DNA of 64,000 bases from Candidatus Latescibacterota bacterium (GCA_965203355.1 OZ241889.1:2880001-2944000), one strand, 5' to 3'. Shown: positions 8,489-23,988, counted from the first letter of the stretch. The notes: generated by a model from the sequence alone, not told the origin. Numbers and translations are program-made.

Positions 8489-9777
8489 TACTCCGCGCAT
8501 CCGGTGGGTACAATCTGCATCGCGCTCTGGTGCGCCGGAGACAAACAGCTATCCAGTACCTCGAGAATCTCGCCGACTCCGATCTGCTCGTGGACGTCAA
8601 AATAGACGCTAGGAGCAACTCCTCTCACCGCGGCCGCGCAGATCATATCGGCCACATCCTCGGTTTGCTCCCACGCACGCAGCAGCATGCCGTAGGCTTT
8701 GCGCTTGGCGCGGCCCAAATCCGCGGCCACGACGCGCTCGTCGAGACCAGCCAAGGCGGCGATTATCTCCTCGCATAATCGCTCGCTCTGCTGGGTGTAT
8801 CCGCCCACCGTACAAAAGCAGAACGTCTGCTCGGCATGGACCTCGGCTCCAAAGGCATCCTCGTCAATCAGGTCATCTTCGTAGTGCGCGGCAAAAAAAT
8901 GGCTCGCAGGCCCCACGGCAATATCCAAGGCCAGCTCTAAGGCCAACTCCCGCAAGAGCAAATCGCGGCCTGATTGACCAGCCTTGTCGTCACCGAAAAA
9001 TAGCAAGGTATAGGGCCGACTGACCGGCAGCACCAAGGCCCCGAGCGGCTGCGGAGTTGGCAACACCACTCGGCGTTCCACTCGGTCCCACGCCGAGCGC
9101 GGCCGACTGTACTTTAACTTTAGCAAAGTGGACTCGACGGCCGCGTAGGTAGCCTCTACGTCGAAATCTCCGCACAAGTACAGCCCCATATATTCGGGCC
9201 GATAAAACACCTCGTGGCAACGAGTTAGCGTGTCCGCGTCAATCTGCCCGATGCTCTCCCGCGTACCGGCGATGTCGCACGCCAAGGGACTATTCTGGTA
9301 CAGCCCCTCAAGGCCGCGTAGGAACCCGAGCCACTCCGGGTCGTCGCAACTTATCTGTAGCTCGCGGTCAATGATTTCGCGCTCCTGAGCGACGCCCGCC
9401 GACTGGACGTGCAGGTCCAAGGCAAGCTCAAAGAGCAAATCTAGGTGGGCGGAAAAGTGTTCAATGCACGTTAGAAAAAAGACGGTCGAAGTAAAACTAG
9501 TACTGGCATTTACGTAGCCCCCAAGACGGCTGATTTGTTCCGTGATGTCGCCGTAAGGTTTGGCAAAAAGGCGGTGTTCGAGAAAGTGCGCGGTGCCGGC
9601 CGGCGTGGCTTGTATCTGTCTGGAGTTGCGGGCACGCAAGCGCAGATCGACCGAACCGTAGTCTATGTACAGCACGGCCGCTTTCTGCCGACTGCCCGGC
9701 CGCGGCACCGCCCATACATCAAGGCCAGCCAAGCGGCTGCGGTACACTCCTTCCCCCCATAGCGTATCCGCGATCAC
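8488..9777 (-). CDS. M16 (pitrilysin) family zinc peptidase, YmfH-like active subunit
   Basis: GTAHFLEHRLF (HXXEH), NASTSF; start GTG 9777 inferred. Confidence 0.88.
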   Translation of the reverse strand: MIADTLWGEGVYRSRLAGLDVWAVPRPGSRQKAAVLYIDYGSVDLRLRARNSRQIQATPAGTAHFLEHRLFAKPYGDITEQISRLGGYVNASTSFTSTVFFLTCIEHFSAHLDLLFELALDLHVQSAGVAQEREIIDRELQISCDDPEWLGFLRGLEGLYQNSPLACDIAGTRESIGQIDADTLTRCHEVFYRPEYMGLYLCGDFDVEATYAAVESTLLKLKYSRPRSAWDRVERRVVLPTPQPLGALVLPVSRPYTLLFFGDDKAGQSGRDLLLRELALELALDIAVGPASHFFAAHYEDDLIDEDAFGAEVHAEQTFCFCTVGGYTQQSERLCEEIIAALAGLDERVVAADLGRAKRKAYGMLLRAWEQTEDVADMICAAAVRGVAPSVYFDVHEQIGVGEILEVLDSCLSPAHQSAMQIVPTGCAE

Positions 9778-9781
9778 GTTC

Positions 9782-11062
9782 TCACATTCCGTATAATAAA
9801 AAGGTTGTATCCGCCACAATCCCACCGGCCACGCGCGTTAGGTCCTCAACGCCGACTTGCTCGATGCGCTGCCATAGCGTTTCTGGGGACTGGCTGCTTC
9901 CGATCAGTCCTTCCCGCAACTGATAGCGGAAAAAGCCCTCGCGGTCTTCGGCCAACCCCAACAGCCACGCGCGCAACAAGTGCCGAGCTGCTTCGATTTC
10001 TCGGCCATCAAAGTCCCCTGCGCACAATGCTTCGAACTCCCGTTTCACCTTATCCCGCACCTCGGAGTAGGCCGCCGCCTCAATGCCTGCGGTCACAAAG
10101 AGCAGGCCGCTCAATGCCTCGACATGAGATGCGATGTAGTAGCACAAGCCCTCTTCTTCGCGGAGACGCTTGAACAGCCGCGATGGCCCATCGCCGCCGA
10201 GCATCAGGTTTAGGAGAATCAAAGCCGGATAGTCGTCTGTGCCGTCCGCGCCATAAGCGACTTGCGTGCGGTAGCCCAACACTATATTTGCCTCTCGCAC
10301 CGCTTGGCATTCAAAAACCTCGCGCGGTATCTCAGTACGGCGAGGACGCCGCGGCTGGGGTTGGGGTTGGCTGGCAGTACGCTCCCCGCGCTCCCAAATA
10401 AAAAGCGACTCCACCAAGGGCTGAATCTGCTCCAAGCGCAGATCGCCGCTTATGAAGAGGTCGAGGCGGTCGGCAGTAGTCCGCGCGCAGTGGAAAGCCC
10501 ATAGCTCGTCGGCCTGCACAGCCGCAAAATCCGCGGGGTTGCCCAGCGGCGACAGGCTCGTGGGTTCGCCCCGGCACATCTCTTCCCGGCATCGCCCTTG
10601 TGCGTAGCCCAGTTTGTCGTTGAAACCATCGGCAATTTGCCGGGTGAGGCGGTGCTTTTCGCGCTCCAGCGGGTCGCGTTGAAATCCGCTACCATCGCGC
10701 ATGACGTCGCGGAGAAAAGTCAGACCTCGTTCTAGTATCCCCTTCTCCCCAAGGAAATTATCGTCTATGACTTCTAGGCATAAGTGAATGAACTGATGCG
10801 CCCCTAAGCGATCTACTTGCACCGAGTAATATGCCCCGTAGAGGTCGTCGATAAAGCGGTTGAGGCTCTGTATATCGGGCAGCTTGTGTGTGCCCCGCGC
10901 CAGCAGTCGGCTACTCAGGGCCACCAGTGAATGTCGCGGCGCACACAATGGCGTACTCAGACACACATCCACCCGGATCGTCTTGTACAGACCAATGCTG
11001 TGCAGATGCAAATAAAGGCCGTCCGCGAGTTGGACGCGGGTGAGTTCACCTACGGTGGGCAT
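9782..11062 (-). CDS. M16 family peptidase inactive subunit, YmfF-like
   Basis: LGGDGPSRLFKRLREEEGLCYYI; no HXXEH; start ATG 11062 (the ORF-track extension overlaps trmJ). Confidence 0.85.
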   Translation of the reverse strand: MPTVGELTRVQLADGLYLHLHSIGLYKTIRVDVCLSTPLCAPRHSLVALSSRLLARGTHKLPDIQSLNRFIDDLYGAYYSVQVDRLGAHQFIHLCLEVIDDNFLGEKGILERGLTFLRDVMRDGSGFQRDPLEREKHRLTRQIADGFNDKLGYAQGRCREEMCRGEPTSLSPLGNPADFAAVQADELWAFHCARTTADRLDLFISGDLRLEQIQPLVESLFIWERGERTASQPQPQPRRPRRTEIPREVFECQAVREANIVLGYRTQVAYGADGTDDYPALILLNLMLGGDGPSRLFKRLREEEGLCYYIASHVEALSGLLFVTAGIEAAAYSEVRDKVKREFEALCAGDFDGREIEAARHLLRAWLLGLAEDREGFFRYQLREGLIGSSQSPETLWQRIEQVGVEDLTRVAGGIVADTTFLLYGM

Positions 11063-11102
11063 TGGCGCACAGCGTCCTTCTTGGTTTAGTTTGACAAGCC
11101 GC

Positions 11103-15698
<4,596 letters not shown>

Positions 15699-15738
15699 GC
15701 ACCTCCGTTCACTGCCTAAAGGCAGCAGATAAAGCCTC

Positions 15739-16848
15739 TCAGTCCTTTTTAAGGCCCGAAGACACAAAGGGCCGCTTGACCACCACGGCAGGTTGCTGCT
15801 TGCCCCTCATGTCAATGTATAGCTCAGTGCCTATTTTTTGTGCGCCGCGCTGTAAATAGGCTAGCCCTATTCCTTCGCCGAGCACCGGCGAATGCGTCCC
15901 ACTGGTCACGGTACCCACCTGTTCCCCGCGCTCGTTGAGAATCGGATAATCCGGCCGCGGAATGCCCTTCTCCAACATGCGGAAGCCGCGCAGCCGGCGA
16001 TACCCTCCGGCCGTGCGCTGTGCTCGCAGGGCCTCGGCTCCGACGAAATTAACCGCTTTTTCCAAATCCAAAGTCCAAGACAAACCCGCCTCTAAGGGAG
16101 TTGTCTGCTCGTCCAATTCGCTTCCATAAAGGCAAAAGCCCATTTCGAGGCGCAAGGTGTCGCGCGCGCCTAGCCCGCAAGGCTGAGCACCGGCTGCGCG
16201 GAGTTTGGCCCACAACGCGACAATTTGGGCCGTCGGGCACATAATTTCAAACCCGTCTTCGCCGGTGTAACCATTGCGGCTGAGTAAGACTCGGATTCCG
16301 GCGATCTCCATCGCCGCGCAGCGATAGTAGCCCAGTGCCACGCTAGCCGGCCCAGCAAGCGCTTCGACTAGGGCGACGGCCTGCGGCCCCTGCACCGCTA
16401 CCATGCCCTGTCCATCGCTCAAATCCTCAATTTGCACGCCGGACCACCCGGCGGCGTACGCGGTAATCCACTGCCAGTCAACGGCCTTCCGGCTCGCGTT
16501 GACCACCAAGAGGTACTCCTGCGGTGCAAGCCGATACACTACCAGATCGTCCACGCATCCTCCCTGTTCATTGCACAGCGGCGCGTAGAGCATCGCGCCG
16601 ATAGTCAATTCGCACACCCGCGCTGGTAGGAGGCTGTCGAGGAAGGCTCGTCCACGCTCCCCGGAAACGGCGATTCGCCCCATGTGCGAGATATCGAACA
16701 GACCAACCGCACGGCGCACCGCCCAGTGTTCGCTGCGGATACCTTCGAACTGGACCGGCATTTCCCACCCACCAAAAGGGGCCATGCGCCCGCCTTCGGC
16801 GACGGCGACTTCATAGAGCGGCGTCCGCTGCAAACGCTCCTTGGTCAT
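15739..16848 (-). CDS. gcvT: Glycine cleavage system aminomethyltransferase T
   Basis: [40 protein letters not shown]. Confidence 0.96.
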   Translation of the reverse strand: MTKERLQRTPLYEVAVAEGGRMAPFGGWEMPVQFEGIRSEHWAVRRAVGLFDISHMGRIAVSGERGRAFLDSLLPARVCELTIGAMLYAPLCNEQGGCVDDLVVYRLAPQEYLLVVNASRKAVDWQWITAYAAGWSGVQIEDLSDGQGMVAVQGPQAVALVEALAGPASVALGYYRCAAMEIAGIRVLLSRNGYTGEDGFEIMCPTAQIVALWAKLRAAGAQPCGLGARDTLRLEMGFCLYGSELDEQTTPLEAGLSWTLDLEKAVNFVGAEALRAQRTAGGYRRLRGFRMLEKGIPRPDYPILNERGEQVGTVTSGTHSPVLGEGIGLAYLQRGAQKIGTELYIDMRGKQQPAVVVKRPFVSSGLKKD

Positions 16849-17462
16849 GGTTGCCTCTTTCCTGCGCCATTGACTAACTCGGCCCACAGTTTTTTCGCCT
16901 GCGCGGCGAGCGCGGCCAAGCCCTTGTTATTGTCAATGACAAAGTCGGCGCGCCTCTTTTTTTTTGCTGGATCCATCTGGCGTGCCATCCGCTGCCTAAT
17001 CTCGTACACCGACAAGCCACTGCGCTGCTGTACCCTCGACACACACTGCTCCTCCTCAGCATCAACCACCACGATCCGGTCAAAGTTCCCCTCATGGCCC
17101 CACTCGTATATCAGCGGCGCATCAAACACCACGACTCCGCCAGCGGCTTTCTCCACAGCCTGCGCTAGCTGGCACTCTATGGCCGCTGATAGCGGCGGCC
17201 GCATAATCGCCTCTAACCGCTTGCTCGCCTCGTCCGACCGCAGGGCACGCCGTCCCAACTCCCGGCGGTTCAAGCACCCGTCCGAGCCGAGCAAATCGCG
17301 GCCAAATGCCGCTTGTAGCTCCTCTATCACTGCCGGGATGGCCGCCACTTCGAGGGCCACTTCGTCGGCATTGACCCGCAGAGCACCCAACTCCGCGAGT
17401 ATTTGCGCCAGTGAGGACTTGCCCGCCCCCATGCCGCCGGTAATACCTACGAGCACGCGCAC
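16845..17462 (-). CDS. coaE: Dephospho-CoA kinase
   Basis: GITGGMGAGKS P-loop, DAPLIYE, ADFVIDN; start (GTG 17462 vs TTG 17489) uncertain. Confidence 0.93.
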   Translation of the reverse strand: MRVLVGITGGMGAGKSSLAQILAELGALRVNADEVALEVAAIPAVIEELQAAFGRDLLGSDGCLNRRELGRRALRSDEASKRLEAIMRPPLSAAIECQLAQAVEKAAGGVVVFDAPLIYEWGHEGNFDRIVVVDAEEEQCVSRVQQRSGLSVYEIRQRMARQMDPAKKKRRADFVIDNNKGLAALAAQAKKLWAELVNGAGKRQP

Positions 17463-17622
17463 CTGTGACCAGCTAGGCCCAAGCAACAAAGTTCAAAAAG
17501 TCGTAGCACTATGCCTGGCAATGGATTAGAGACTTTACCTTCGGAGGGCAACAACGTACTGTGAGCAAGGTAAAATGTACCGCCCCAGCCCAGCGCGGTC
17601 AACCGACCTAAGCGGCGTCCCA

Positions 17623-17651
17623 TTGACACTATATTGGGCATCGCCTATAGT
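17623..17651 (+). promoter_or_regulatory. Sigma70-type promoter of clpP
   Basis: TTGACA-17 nt-TATAGT about 45 nt upstream of the clpP ATG. Confidence 0.65.
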
Positions 17652-17694
17652 CCATTAACCAACAATAGGCTCCCTTCTAACCACAGAATAGCAC

Positions 17695-18300
17695 ATGGCA
17701 ATCGTACCCGTAGTAATCGAACAGACCGGTCGCGGCGAGCGTGCCTACGATATTTTCTCGCGCCTCCTCAAGGAACGGATAATTTTTATCAGCACTCAGA
17801 TCGACGACCACGAAGCCAACCTCGTCATCGCCCAGTTGCTCTTTCTAGCCTCAGAAGATCCCAAGAAAGACATCTCGCTCTACATCAACAGCCCCGGCGG
17901 CAGCCTCACGGCCGGCTTGGCCATCTACGACACCATGAAGCACGTCCCCTGCGACGTAGCAACGCTGTGCATCGGCCAAGCGTACAGCATGAGCGCAATT
18001 CTCCTCGCTGGCGGGACCCAAGGCAAGCGCCACGCCCTGGCCCATTCTCGGCTCATGCTGCACCAGCCTTGGGGTGGCGTCCGCGGCCAAGCGGCTGATA
18101 TCGAAATCCACGCCCGCGAAATCGTCGAGTGGCGCGACCGGCTCAACCAGATCTTAGTCCAAGATACCGGCCAGTCGCTCGAGCGCATCGAGCTGGTCAC
18201 CGAGCGCGATTACTTTCTATCGCCGGCCGAGGCGATCGATTTCGGCCTGATTGACGGGCTGCTGGCATCCGAAAAAGAGCTGGCCACCCTCGCCGACTAA
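17695..18300 (+). CDS. clpP: ATP-dependent Clp protease proteolytic subunit
   Basis: [29 protein letters not shown] (catalytic Ser), MLHQP. Confidence 0.97.
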   Translation: MAIVPVVIEQTGRGERAYDIFSRLLKERIIFISTQIDDHEANLVIAQLLFLASEDPKKDISLYINSPGGSLTAGLAIYDTMKHVPCDVATLCIGQAYSMSAILLAGGTQGKRHALAHSRLMLHQPWGGVRGQAADIEIHAREIVEWRDRLNQILVQDTGQSLERIELVTERDYFLSPAEAIDFGLIDGLLASEKELATLAD

Positions 18301-19580
18301 TGCCCCAGTGGAAAGGCGATGACCTCTTCTAGGCAAGACGCGCCAGCCATAATCACAACCAACCGATCCAACCCCAAAGCCACGCCACCGGCTGGCGGAA
18401 TGCCTCGCTCCATAGCTGCGAGAAATGCCTCGTCGGCTGGTGCGCCTCCTGACCGCACCCCCCGCGCAAAGCGCTCTCGCTGCTGGGTTGGGTCGTTTAA
18501 CTCGGTATAGCCGTTTGATAACTCCACTCCCCCCAAGTACGCTTCCGTCCTCTCGGCTACGGCTGGATCGCCTTCTTTTAACTTGGCCAATGCGGCTAAT
18601 TGCCGGGGATAATCGAAAAGGTGGACAGCCCCTAGTTTGGCCAATTCTGGCTCGACTCTCTCCAGCAGAATTTTGTGGTATAAGTCCTCCCAACGATCCG
18701 CTTGTCTAGCACTGTCATAGCCCAGCGCACGCGCTTGGCGAAAAAGTGATTCCGCGTCTGCACAGGCATCCAAATCGACAGCAGCCCAGCGCACAAAAGC
18801 ATCGCGGACGCTGAGCCGCTCCCACGGCGGCTGCAAGCGGATCTCGCGCCCTGCTCGGACCACGCTCGACCGCCCCAAGACGCTTTCCGCCACATGGGCC
18901 ACCAAGTGCTCGACATCGGCCATGATTTCCGCGTAACTGGCGTACGCCCGATACCATTCGATTAGGGTAAACTCGGGGTTGTGTTGCGGCCCCAACTCCC
19001 CGTTGCGGTACGAGCGGCTGATCTGGTAAATCCGCTCAAAACCCACTCCTAACAATCGCTTCATGTATAGCTCGGGTGAAGGGGCAAGGTAAAGCGGCTC
19101 TTGCGACTTGTCGCCCTGGTACTCCGTGGCAAATAGCTCAATGTGCTCCTCTTGCGCCGAGGCGCGGGCCAGTGTGGGCGTCTCCACCGCGAGAAAGCCC
19201 AGATTCCTAAAAAAATCGCGTACAGCGTCTAATACGGCGGCGCGCACCCGCATATTCGCCCACAGTCCATTGGCGTGGAACCGCGACCAATCTCCTTGGC
19301 GCCAATCCGCTCGACTAGAGGCTAATAAGCGAATTTGATTAACATCTATAATCCCTTCTGCCGCAATCCCATATAACTCCACTATATCCCCGGCTTTTAT
19401 CCCAGCTACCCCTGTCTTGACGACGAAATTGACCTCCCCACTCTCGTCTGCGATGCGCCCTCGACCTGCGGCGAAGCGGAGGAGCCGCCCTCGCACAGCC
19501 ACTTCTCCGACGGCGGTGGCCGCGGTGGCCGCAGGCTGGTGCCGCCACAGCACCCGCGATGGATAATGCCTAGGCTGCAT
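18297..19580 (-). CDS. epmA: EF-P beta-lysyl ligase EpmA/GenX (LysRS-II paralog) with N-terminal extension
   Basis: [50 protein letters not shown]. Confidence 0.8.
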   Translation of the reverse strand: MQPRHYPSRVLWRHQPAATAATAVGEVAVRGRLLRFAAGRGRIADESGEVNFVVKTGVAGIKAGDIVELYGIAAEGIIDVNQIRLLASSRADWRQGDWSRFHANGLWANMRVRAAVLDAVRDFFRNLGFLAVETPTLARASAQEEHIELFATEYQGDKSQEPLYLAPSPELYMKRLLGVGFERIYQISRSYRNGELGPQHNPEFTLIEWYRAYASYAEIMADVEHLVAHVAESVLGRSSVVRAGREIRLQPPWERLSVRDAFVRWAAVDLDACADAESLFRQARALGYDSARQADRWEDLYHKILLERVEPELAKLGAVHLFDYPRQLAALAKLKEGDPAVAERTEAYLGGVELSNGYTELNDPTQQRERFARGVRSGGAPADEAFLAAMERGIPPAGGVALGLDRLVVIMAGASCLEEVIAFPLGH

Positions 19581-19594
19581 TGCGCTTTTCTCGC

Positions 19595-19639
19595 AAAAAA
19601 ACCCTTCTCCACCCGCGCGTTCACTCGCGTGGAGAAGGG
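19595..19639 (-). terminator. Rho-independent terminator after clpX
   Basis: Minus strand: CCCTTCTCCAC…GTGGAGAAGGG followed by a T7 tract. Confidence 0.8.
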
Positions 19640-19670
19640 ACTAATTAAAGCTCAACGCTCAATTTCGGGA

Positions 19671-20897
19671 TCAAGCTCGCTTCTTGTTGTACACGAAGGT
19701 GGGCGGGGCCTTGTTTTCGATGAATTCCTTAGTAATGACGCATTCGGCGGTATCGTCTCGGGTCGGGAGCTCAAACATGATTTCAAACATGACGGTCTCT
19801 AAGACCGCCCGCAGACCGCGTGCGCCCATTTCCTTTTCTTGGGTTAATTCGACGACCTTGTACAGCGCCTCATCTTCAAACCGCAGGGCAATGCCGTCCA
19901 TCTCAAAGAGTTTCTGGTACTGTTTGACGAGTGCGTTCCGCGGTTTGAGCAAGATGTCCATTAACGCCTGATCGCTCAGGGGATGCAAGACGCCCACCAC
20001 TGGCAAACGGCCAATCAACTCGGGAATCAGGCCGTACTGGATCAATTCTTCGGGTTCGACGCGCGCCAATAGATTGGCCCCGCCCACTTCCTCGCGGTCG
20101 TCAAGGGGGCTACCAAAGCCCATGGACTTGGTTCCGATGCGTTGGCTGATAATTTTATCTAGCCCATCGAAAGCCCCGCCGCAGATAAAGAGAATGTTTT
20201 TGGTGTTTATTTGCACCAAAGGCTGTTCGGGATGCTTGCGTCCCCCCTTCGGCGGCACTCCAGATACGGTCCCCTCTAAGATCTTAAGGAGTTCCTGTTG
20301 GACGCCTTCGCCTGAAACGTCGCGGGTTATGGAGGGATTACCGGATTTGCGGGCGACTTTGTCTAGTTCGTCGATAAATAAAATCCCGCGCTCCGCTTGT
20401 TTGACATCATAATCCGCAGCTTGGAGGAGCCGTACGAGGATATTTTCCACGTCCTCGCCTACATACCCGGCCTCGGTCAGGACCGTAGCATCAACGATCG
20501 CAAAAGGCACTTGTAATATGCGCGCCAACGTCTCCGCCAAAAGCGTCTTGCCCACTCCGGTGGGGCCGATGAGCAGGATATTGCTCTTGCTGAGCTGGAC
20601 ATCCGCAGCACCGGAATGCACACGCTTGTAGTGGTTGTACACAGCGACCGAAAGTGCTTTTTTGGCGCGTTCTTGGCCGATAATATGCGCGTCGAGGTGA
20701 GCCTTGATTTCGGCCGGCTTGGGGAGAGGACGGCCATTGAGACTAAGATCGCGCTTGGCGTCCTCTGACAGCCTCTCATTGCATAAGCCGATGCATTCAC
20801 TGCATATATACACTGAGGGCCCCTGAATGATCTTCTCGACTTGGTCGCCCCCTTTGCCGCAGAACGAACAGGCTATATCGGACGTTTTTTTACCCAT
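19671..20897 (-). CDS. clpX: ATP-dependent Clp protease ATP-binding subunit
   Basis: CSFCGK…ICSEC zinc finger, [24 protein letters not shown]. Confidence 0.97.
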   Translation of the reverse strand: MGKKTSDIACSFCGKGGDQVEKIIQGPSVYICSECIGLCNERLSEDAKRDLSLNGRPLPKPAEIKAHLDAHIIGQERAKKALSVAVYNHYKRVHSGAADVQLSKSNILLIGPTGVGKTLLAETLARILQVPFAIVDATVLTEAGYVGEDVENILVRLLQAADYDVKQAERGILFIDELDKVARKSGNPSITRDVSGEGVQQELLKILEGTVSGVPPKGGRKHPEQPLVQINTKNILFICGGAFDGLDKIISQRIGTKSMGFGSPLDDREEVGGANLLARVEPEELIQYGLIPELIGRLPVVGVLHPLSDQALMDILLKPRNALVKQYQKLFEMDGIALRFEDEALYKVVELTQEKEMGARGLRAVLETVMFEIMFELPTRDDTAECVITKEFIENKAPPTFVYNKKRA

Positions 20898-20903
20898 CTT
20901 GCC

Positions 20904-21527
20904 CTACAACTGCCCCTCGTCGTCTTGGAAGTCTGGGATCTTGTCTTCGCTCTCAGAGGCATCGCCGTCAGTGCTTTCGACCGCCTCGGTTTCGTCGGGG
21001 GTCTCGACCGCCTCGCCCGAGTCCGCCTCCCCTGCGGCCTGGTCTTGGCCAGCCTTCATCACGTTGATGGCTTGAAATCCCTTGGCAGTGCGGGTCACCA
21101 TAAACTCAACTTCATCATCTTGGGTCAAAGTCCGGTCCCAAGATGAAATATCGCGCCAGTGGACGAAAACATCGACATCGCTGTCTGTCGAGATAAAACC
21201 ATATCCCTTATCGTTGTTAAACCACTTGACTATGCCACGAGTCCAAGTGTTTTCCGCCAAGGCGCGGCGTTCGTGTGGCAGGGGGCTAGTCTCTGCACTG
21301 CCGGAAAGCGGACGAGACAGTTGTTTCTTTCCTTCGCTGTCTAGAACGCGGGTTAGCAGGTCTTGCTTGAGCCCTTGGCCACCTTCTGTACCTTGGGTTA
21401 TCCATTCGACAGCCGCCATCACACCTATGACATAAGGACTATCGTTGCCGTAGAGTTTGCGGGCGTCCCCGATGCGTTGAGCCAACTCGCTCACCGCCGT
21501 GCTTTCTAAGTGTATTGAACTACCCAA
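20904..21527 (-). CDS. Cold-shock domain protein with N-terminal extension and acidic tail
   Basis: GIVKWFNNDKGYGFI (RNP1), DVFVHW (RNP2); AGGAGG RBS before TTG. Confidence 0.85.
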   Translation of the reverse strand: MGSSIHLESTAVSELAQRIGDARKLYGNDSPYVIGVMAAVEWITQGTEGGQGLKQDLLTRVLDSEGKKQLSRPLSGSAETSPLPHERRALAENTWTRGIVKWFNNDKGYGFISTDSDVDVFVHWRDISSWDRTLTQDDEVEFMVTRTAKGFQAINVMKAGQDQAAGEADSGEAVETPDETEAVESTDGDASESEDKIPDFQDDEGQL

Positions 21528-21625
21528 TTAATCTATTCCTCCTACCCCTTAAGGGGCCTTAAGTACTTCGTACTACAGTTGAGATGTGAGGTGTAGTTAA
21601 GCAAAATATATATAAGTCTGTCAAC

Positions 21626-23008
21626 CTATCTCAATCGGTATTGCTTGACCCCTTCGCAGATGGTTTGGCCGCTCACTTTCGCGATGCCTGTGAGCGGCAC
21701 GGCGATCAGCATCCCGACGATGCCCATCAACTGGCTTCCCACCATGACGACAAAAAGGACGACCAAAGGGTGCAACTCGACGCTTTTGGCCACCATTGTG
21801 GGTTGAATGAGTACGTTGTCGATCAGTTGAATAACCAAAAACATGACGATCACTTTGGCCACCATCGCCAAGCCACCGCCGGTGGCCAAGGCCACAATCG
21901 AAGAACAGACGATCCCGATTAATGGCCCGAGAAATGGGATTACATTGGCCAACCCGGCGAGCAGCCCCAAAGGCAGGGCATAATAGAGGCCAAGAATGGA
22001 CAGGCCGCTAATCGCGAGCACCGATACGACGAGAACGGCCAAAAGCTGGCCGCGAATGTAATTCCCGATCTGCCTATTGGCTTGGTACATCAGGTTTAGG
22101 CACAATTCAAAATAGGCGTTGGGAACCAGTGCCATCAGGCATCGCGTCAAGTGCCGTCCCTCCTTGAGAAAGAAAAAGGCCACAAACGGCACGATCACCA
22201 CAAAAGTAAGGCCCGAAATCACGCCCTCGATAAATAGCGTAGTGCCTCCCAACATGGTCCTCATCAGCCGCTCGCCATGCTCCCGAATCAACTCGGCGAG
22301 GCGGAAATCGCTCCCCAAATAGGGCTGTAACATAGGCTCAATTTTTGCTGCTCTGGTGCTAGTTTCCGCCAATATCCTATCGCCGATTTCCACCAAGACG
22401 TTGGGGTCGGCCTCGCCAAAGCCAATATCGGTCCGCGAAAACCTAACAGAACCCGACCTACCGGCTTGGCCGCCTGCGACCACCCCGCCATTGCCGTGGA
22501 CGCTAATGCGCTGCCTATGATCGTCCTGGCCCTGCGAGTACGCGATCAAGAGCGCGTTTCCAGCCGGTGTTTGGTCCTTGGGCACAAAGCGCAGGAGAAC
22601 GGATAACTCATCCAAGGGGGCGATCTCGAGCGGCCAGCGGTATTCTTCTCTTAGGACAAACGGCTGGTCCCGCGAATCGTCTTCCCAAACCATCTCGCGG
22701 ATGATTAGGGGTTGATCGCCGGTATTGGCGATGGTAAAAACCCTATCTACCGTTTCTCCAACCAACTTGTCTCCAACCTTAAATGAGCCTAGCCCCAACC
22801 CCACAAAAACGAGCGAAAAGACAAGCAGAGTACTCCAAGCCCGCCCCAATCCTCTTCTCTCCATCCAATCGATGATTGGGTAGAGGACATAAGCTAAGAT
22901 AAAAGCCAAAACAAAAGGCGTGAGAATGCCGCGAATCTCATATACAAACCATCCGCCGACCGCCACGGCCACCAAGGCCAGTACTACTTTCACTTGCCAA
23001 TTCATCAT
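21626..23008 (-). CDS. AI-2E family transporter with inserted Ig-like (ASH/choice-of-anchor-D-like) domain
   Basis: PFVLAFILAYVLYP, YIRGQL, NVIPFLGP, LIDNVLIQP…LHP; soluble insert FTIANTGDQPL…LRFVP. Confidence 0.85.
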   Translation of the reverse strand: MMNWQVKVVLALVAVAVGGWFVYEIRGILTPFVLAFILAYVLYPIIDWMERRGLGRAWSTLLVFSLVFVGLGLGSFKVGDKLVGETVDRVFTIANTGDQPLIIREMVWEDDSRDQPFVLREEYRWPLEIAPLDELSVLLRFVPKDQTPAGNALLIAYSQGQDDHRQRISVHGNGGVVAGGQAGRSGSVRFSRTDIGFGEADPNVLVEIGDRILAETSTRAAKIEPMLQPYLGSDFRLAELIREHGERLMRTMLGGTTLFIEGVISGLTFVVIVPFVAFFFLKEGRHLTRCLMALVPNAYFELCLNLMYQANRQIGNYIRGQLLAVLVVSVLAISGLSILGLYYALPLGLLAGLANVIPFLGPLIGIVCSSIVALATGGGLAMVAKVIVMFLVIQLIDNVLIQPTMVAKSVELHPLVVLFVVMVGSQLMGIVGMLIAVPLTGIAKVSGQTICEGVKQYRLR

Positions 23009-23583
23009 TGAATACTACCTGCACGCCGCGCGCCTTTTAACAGGCGCTCAGAGTCGCGCAACTGCGCCGAGAGTTTCTCTATGACTTCGAGTAGGTCGGT
23101 CGAGATGGCTTGCGCCAAGCCGTCGAGGATCTTCAAGGCAAGCGGGAGATTGATATCTATGAGTTCGAGTAAGTCGGGGCGGCAAAAAACGAAGAGGCTA
23201 CAGGGCTGGACGGCGTAAGCTGAAGCAGGGCGCGGCGATTCATCAATAAGGGCATGGGCACCCAAAAGATCCCCCCGGGTTAAGGTGGCTAGCTGCTTCT
23301 CAAACCCGTCGTCGCCCTTCTGGACGATCCGCACTTGGCCGGAGGCGACGATGTACATCCCCATCCCGGGGTCTCCTTGGTTGATAATCACCTCACCAGC
23401 GCGCCAGTCTCGCGGCCCGTAGAGCATCTCTTCTATTTTGTGTAGTTCGCGCCCGCTTAGTTCCTGAAAAATGGGCACTTTCCGCAAGAGCTTGCAGGCG
23501 GCAGTCTCTTCTTCGTTGCGGCCGTTCCTTACGCGCTCTTGCAGACGACGAAAGACGTGTCGCCAGAGAGGATCAGACGACAT
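23005..23583 (-). CDS. Cyclic-nucleotide-binding domain protein (no HTH)
   Basis: LRKVPIFQEL, IINQGDPG.GMYIVASGQVRI, GDLLGAHAL…PRPASA. Confidence 0.85.
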   Translation of the reverse strand: MSSDPLWRHVFRRLQERVRNGRNEEETAACKLLRKVPIFQELSGRELHKIEEMLYGPRDWRAGEVIINQGDPGMGMYIVASGQVRIVQKGDDGFEKQLATLTRGDLLGAHALIDESPRPASAYAVQPCSLFVFCRPDLLELIDINLPLALKILDGLAQAISTDLLEVIEKLSAQLRDSERLLKGARRAGSIQ

Positions 23584-23638
23584 GTGCTTAGCACTCCCGC
23601 TTAGACAAGCAAGGCCCCACACCCGTTCGTCCGCACAA

Positions 23639-23965
23639 TTAGGCCAAGGCGGCCTCTAGCTTTTCGGTGATTTGCCCTTTGGGGACGGCGCCAATGATCT
23701 GATCGGCGACTTTACCCTCTTTGAAAATGAGCAAGGTAGGGATGCTGCGGATGCCGAATTCAGCCGCTGTTTTCTGGGCCACGTCGACGTCCAATTTGCC
23801 CACTTTGGCCCGGCCTTCGTATTCGCTACTCAATTCTCGGACAATCGGCGCGATCATTCGGCACGGCCCGCACCACGTCGCCCAAAAATCCACGAGTACG
23901 GGCTGACTGGCATTGAGAACTTCGGCGCTGAAATTGTCATCGGTTAAGACGATAGGTTCGCTCAC
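23639..23965 (-). CDS. trxA: Thioredoxin
   Basis: VDFWATWCGPC, GIRSIPTL. Confidence 0.97.
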   Translation of the reverse strand: MSEPIVLTDDNFSAEVLNASQPVLVDFWATWCGPCRMIAPIVRELSSEYEGRAKVGKLDVDVAQKTAAEFGIRSIPTLLIFKEGKVADQIIGAVPKGQITEKLEAALA

Positions 23966-23988
23966 GATACATCATCCTTAGTTTTTCG

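Noticed and set aside
16845-17640. Glycine riboswitch upstream of gcvT, or a real 17447-17641 ORF
   Set aside because: gcvT overlaps coaE, leaving no leader. No riboswitch consensus was recognised upstream of coaE, and the small ORF overlaps the clpP promoter and has no recognisable features.
23588-23614. CIRCE element (TTAGCACTC)
   Set aside because: Only the left arm is present; no GAGTGCTAA after 9 nt.
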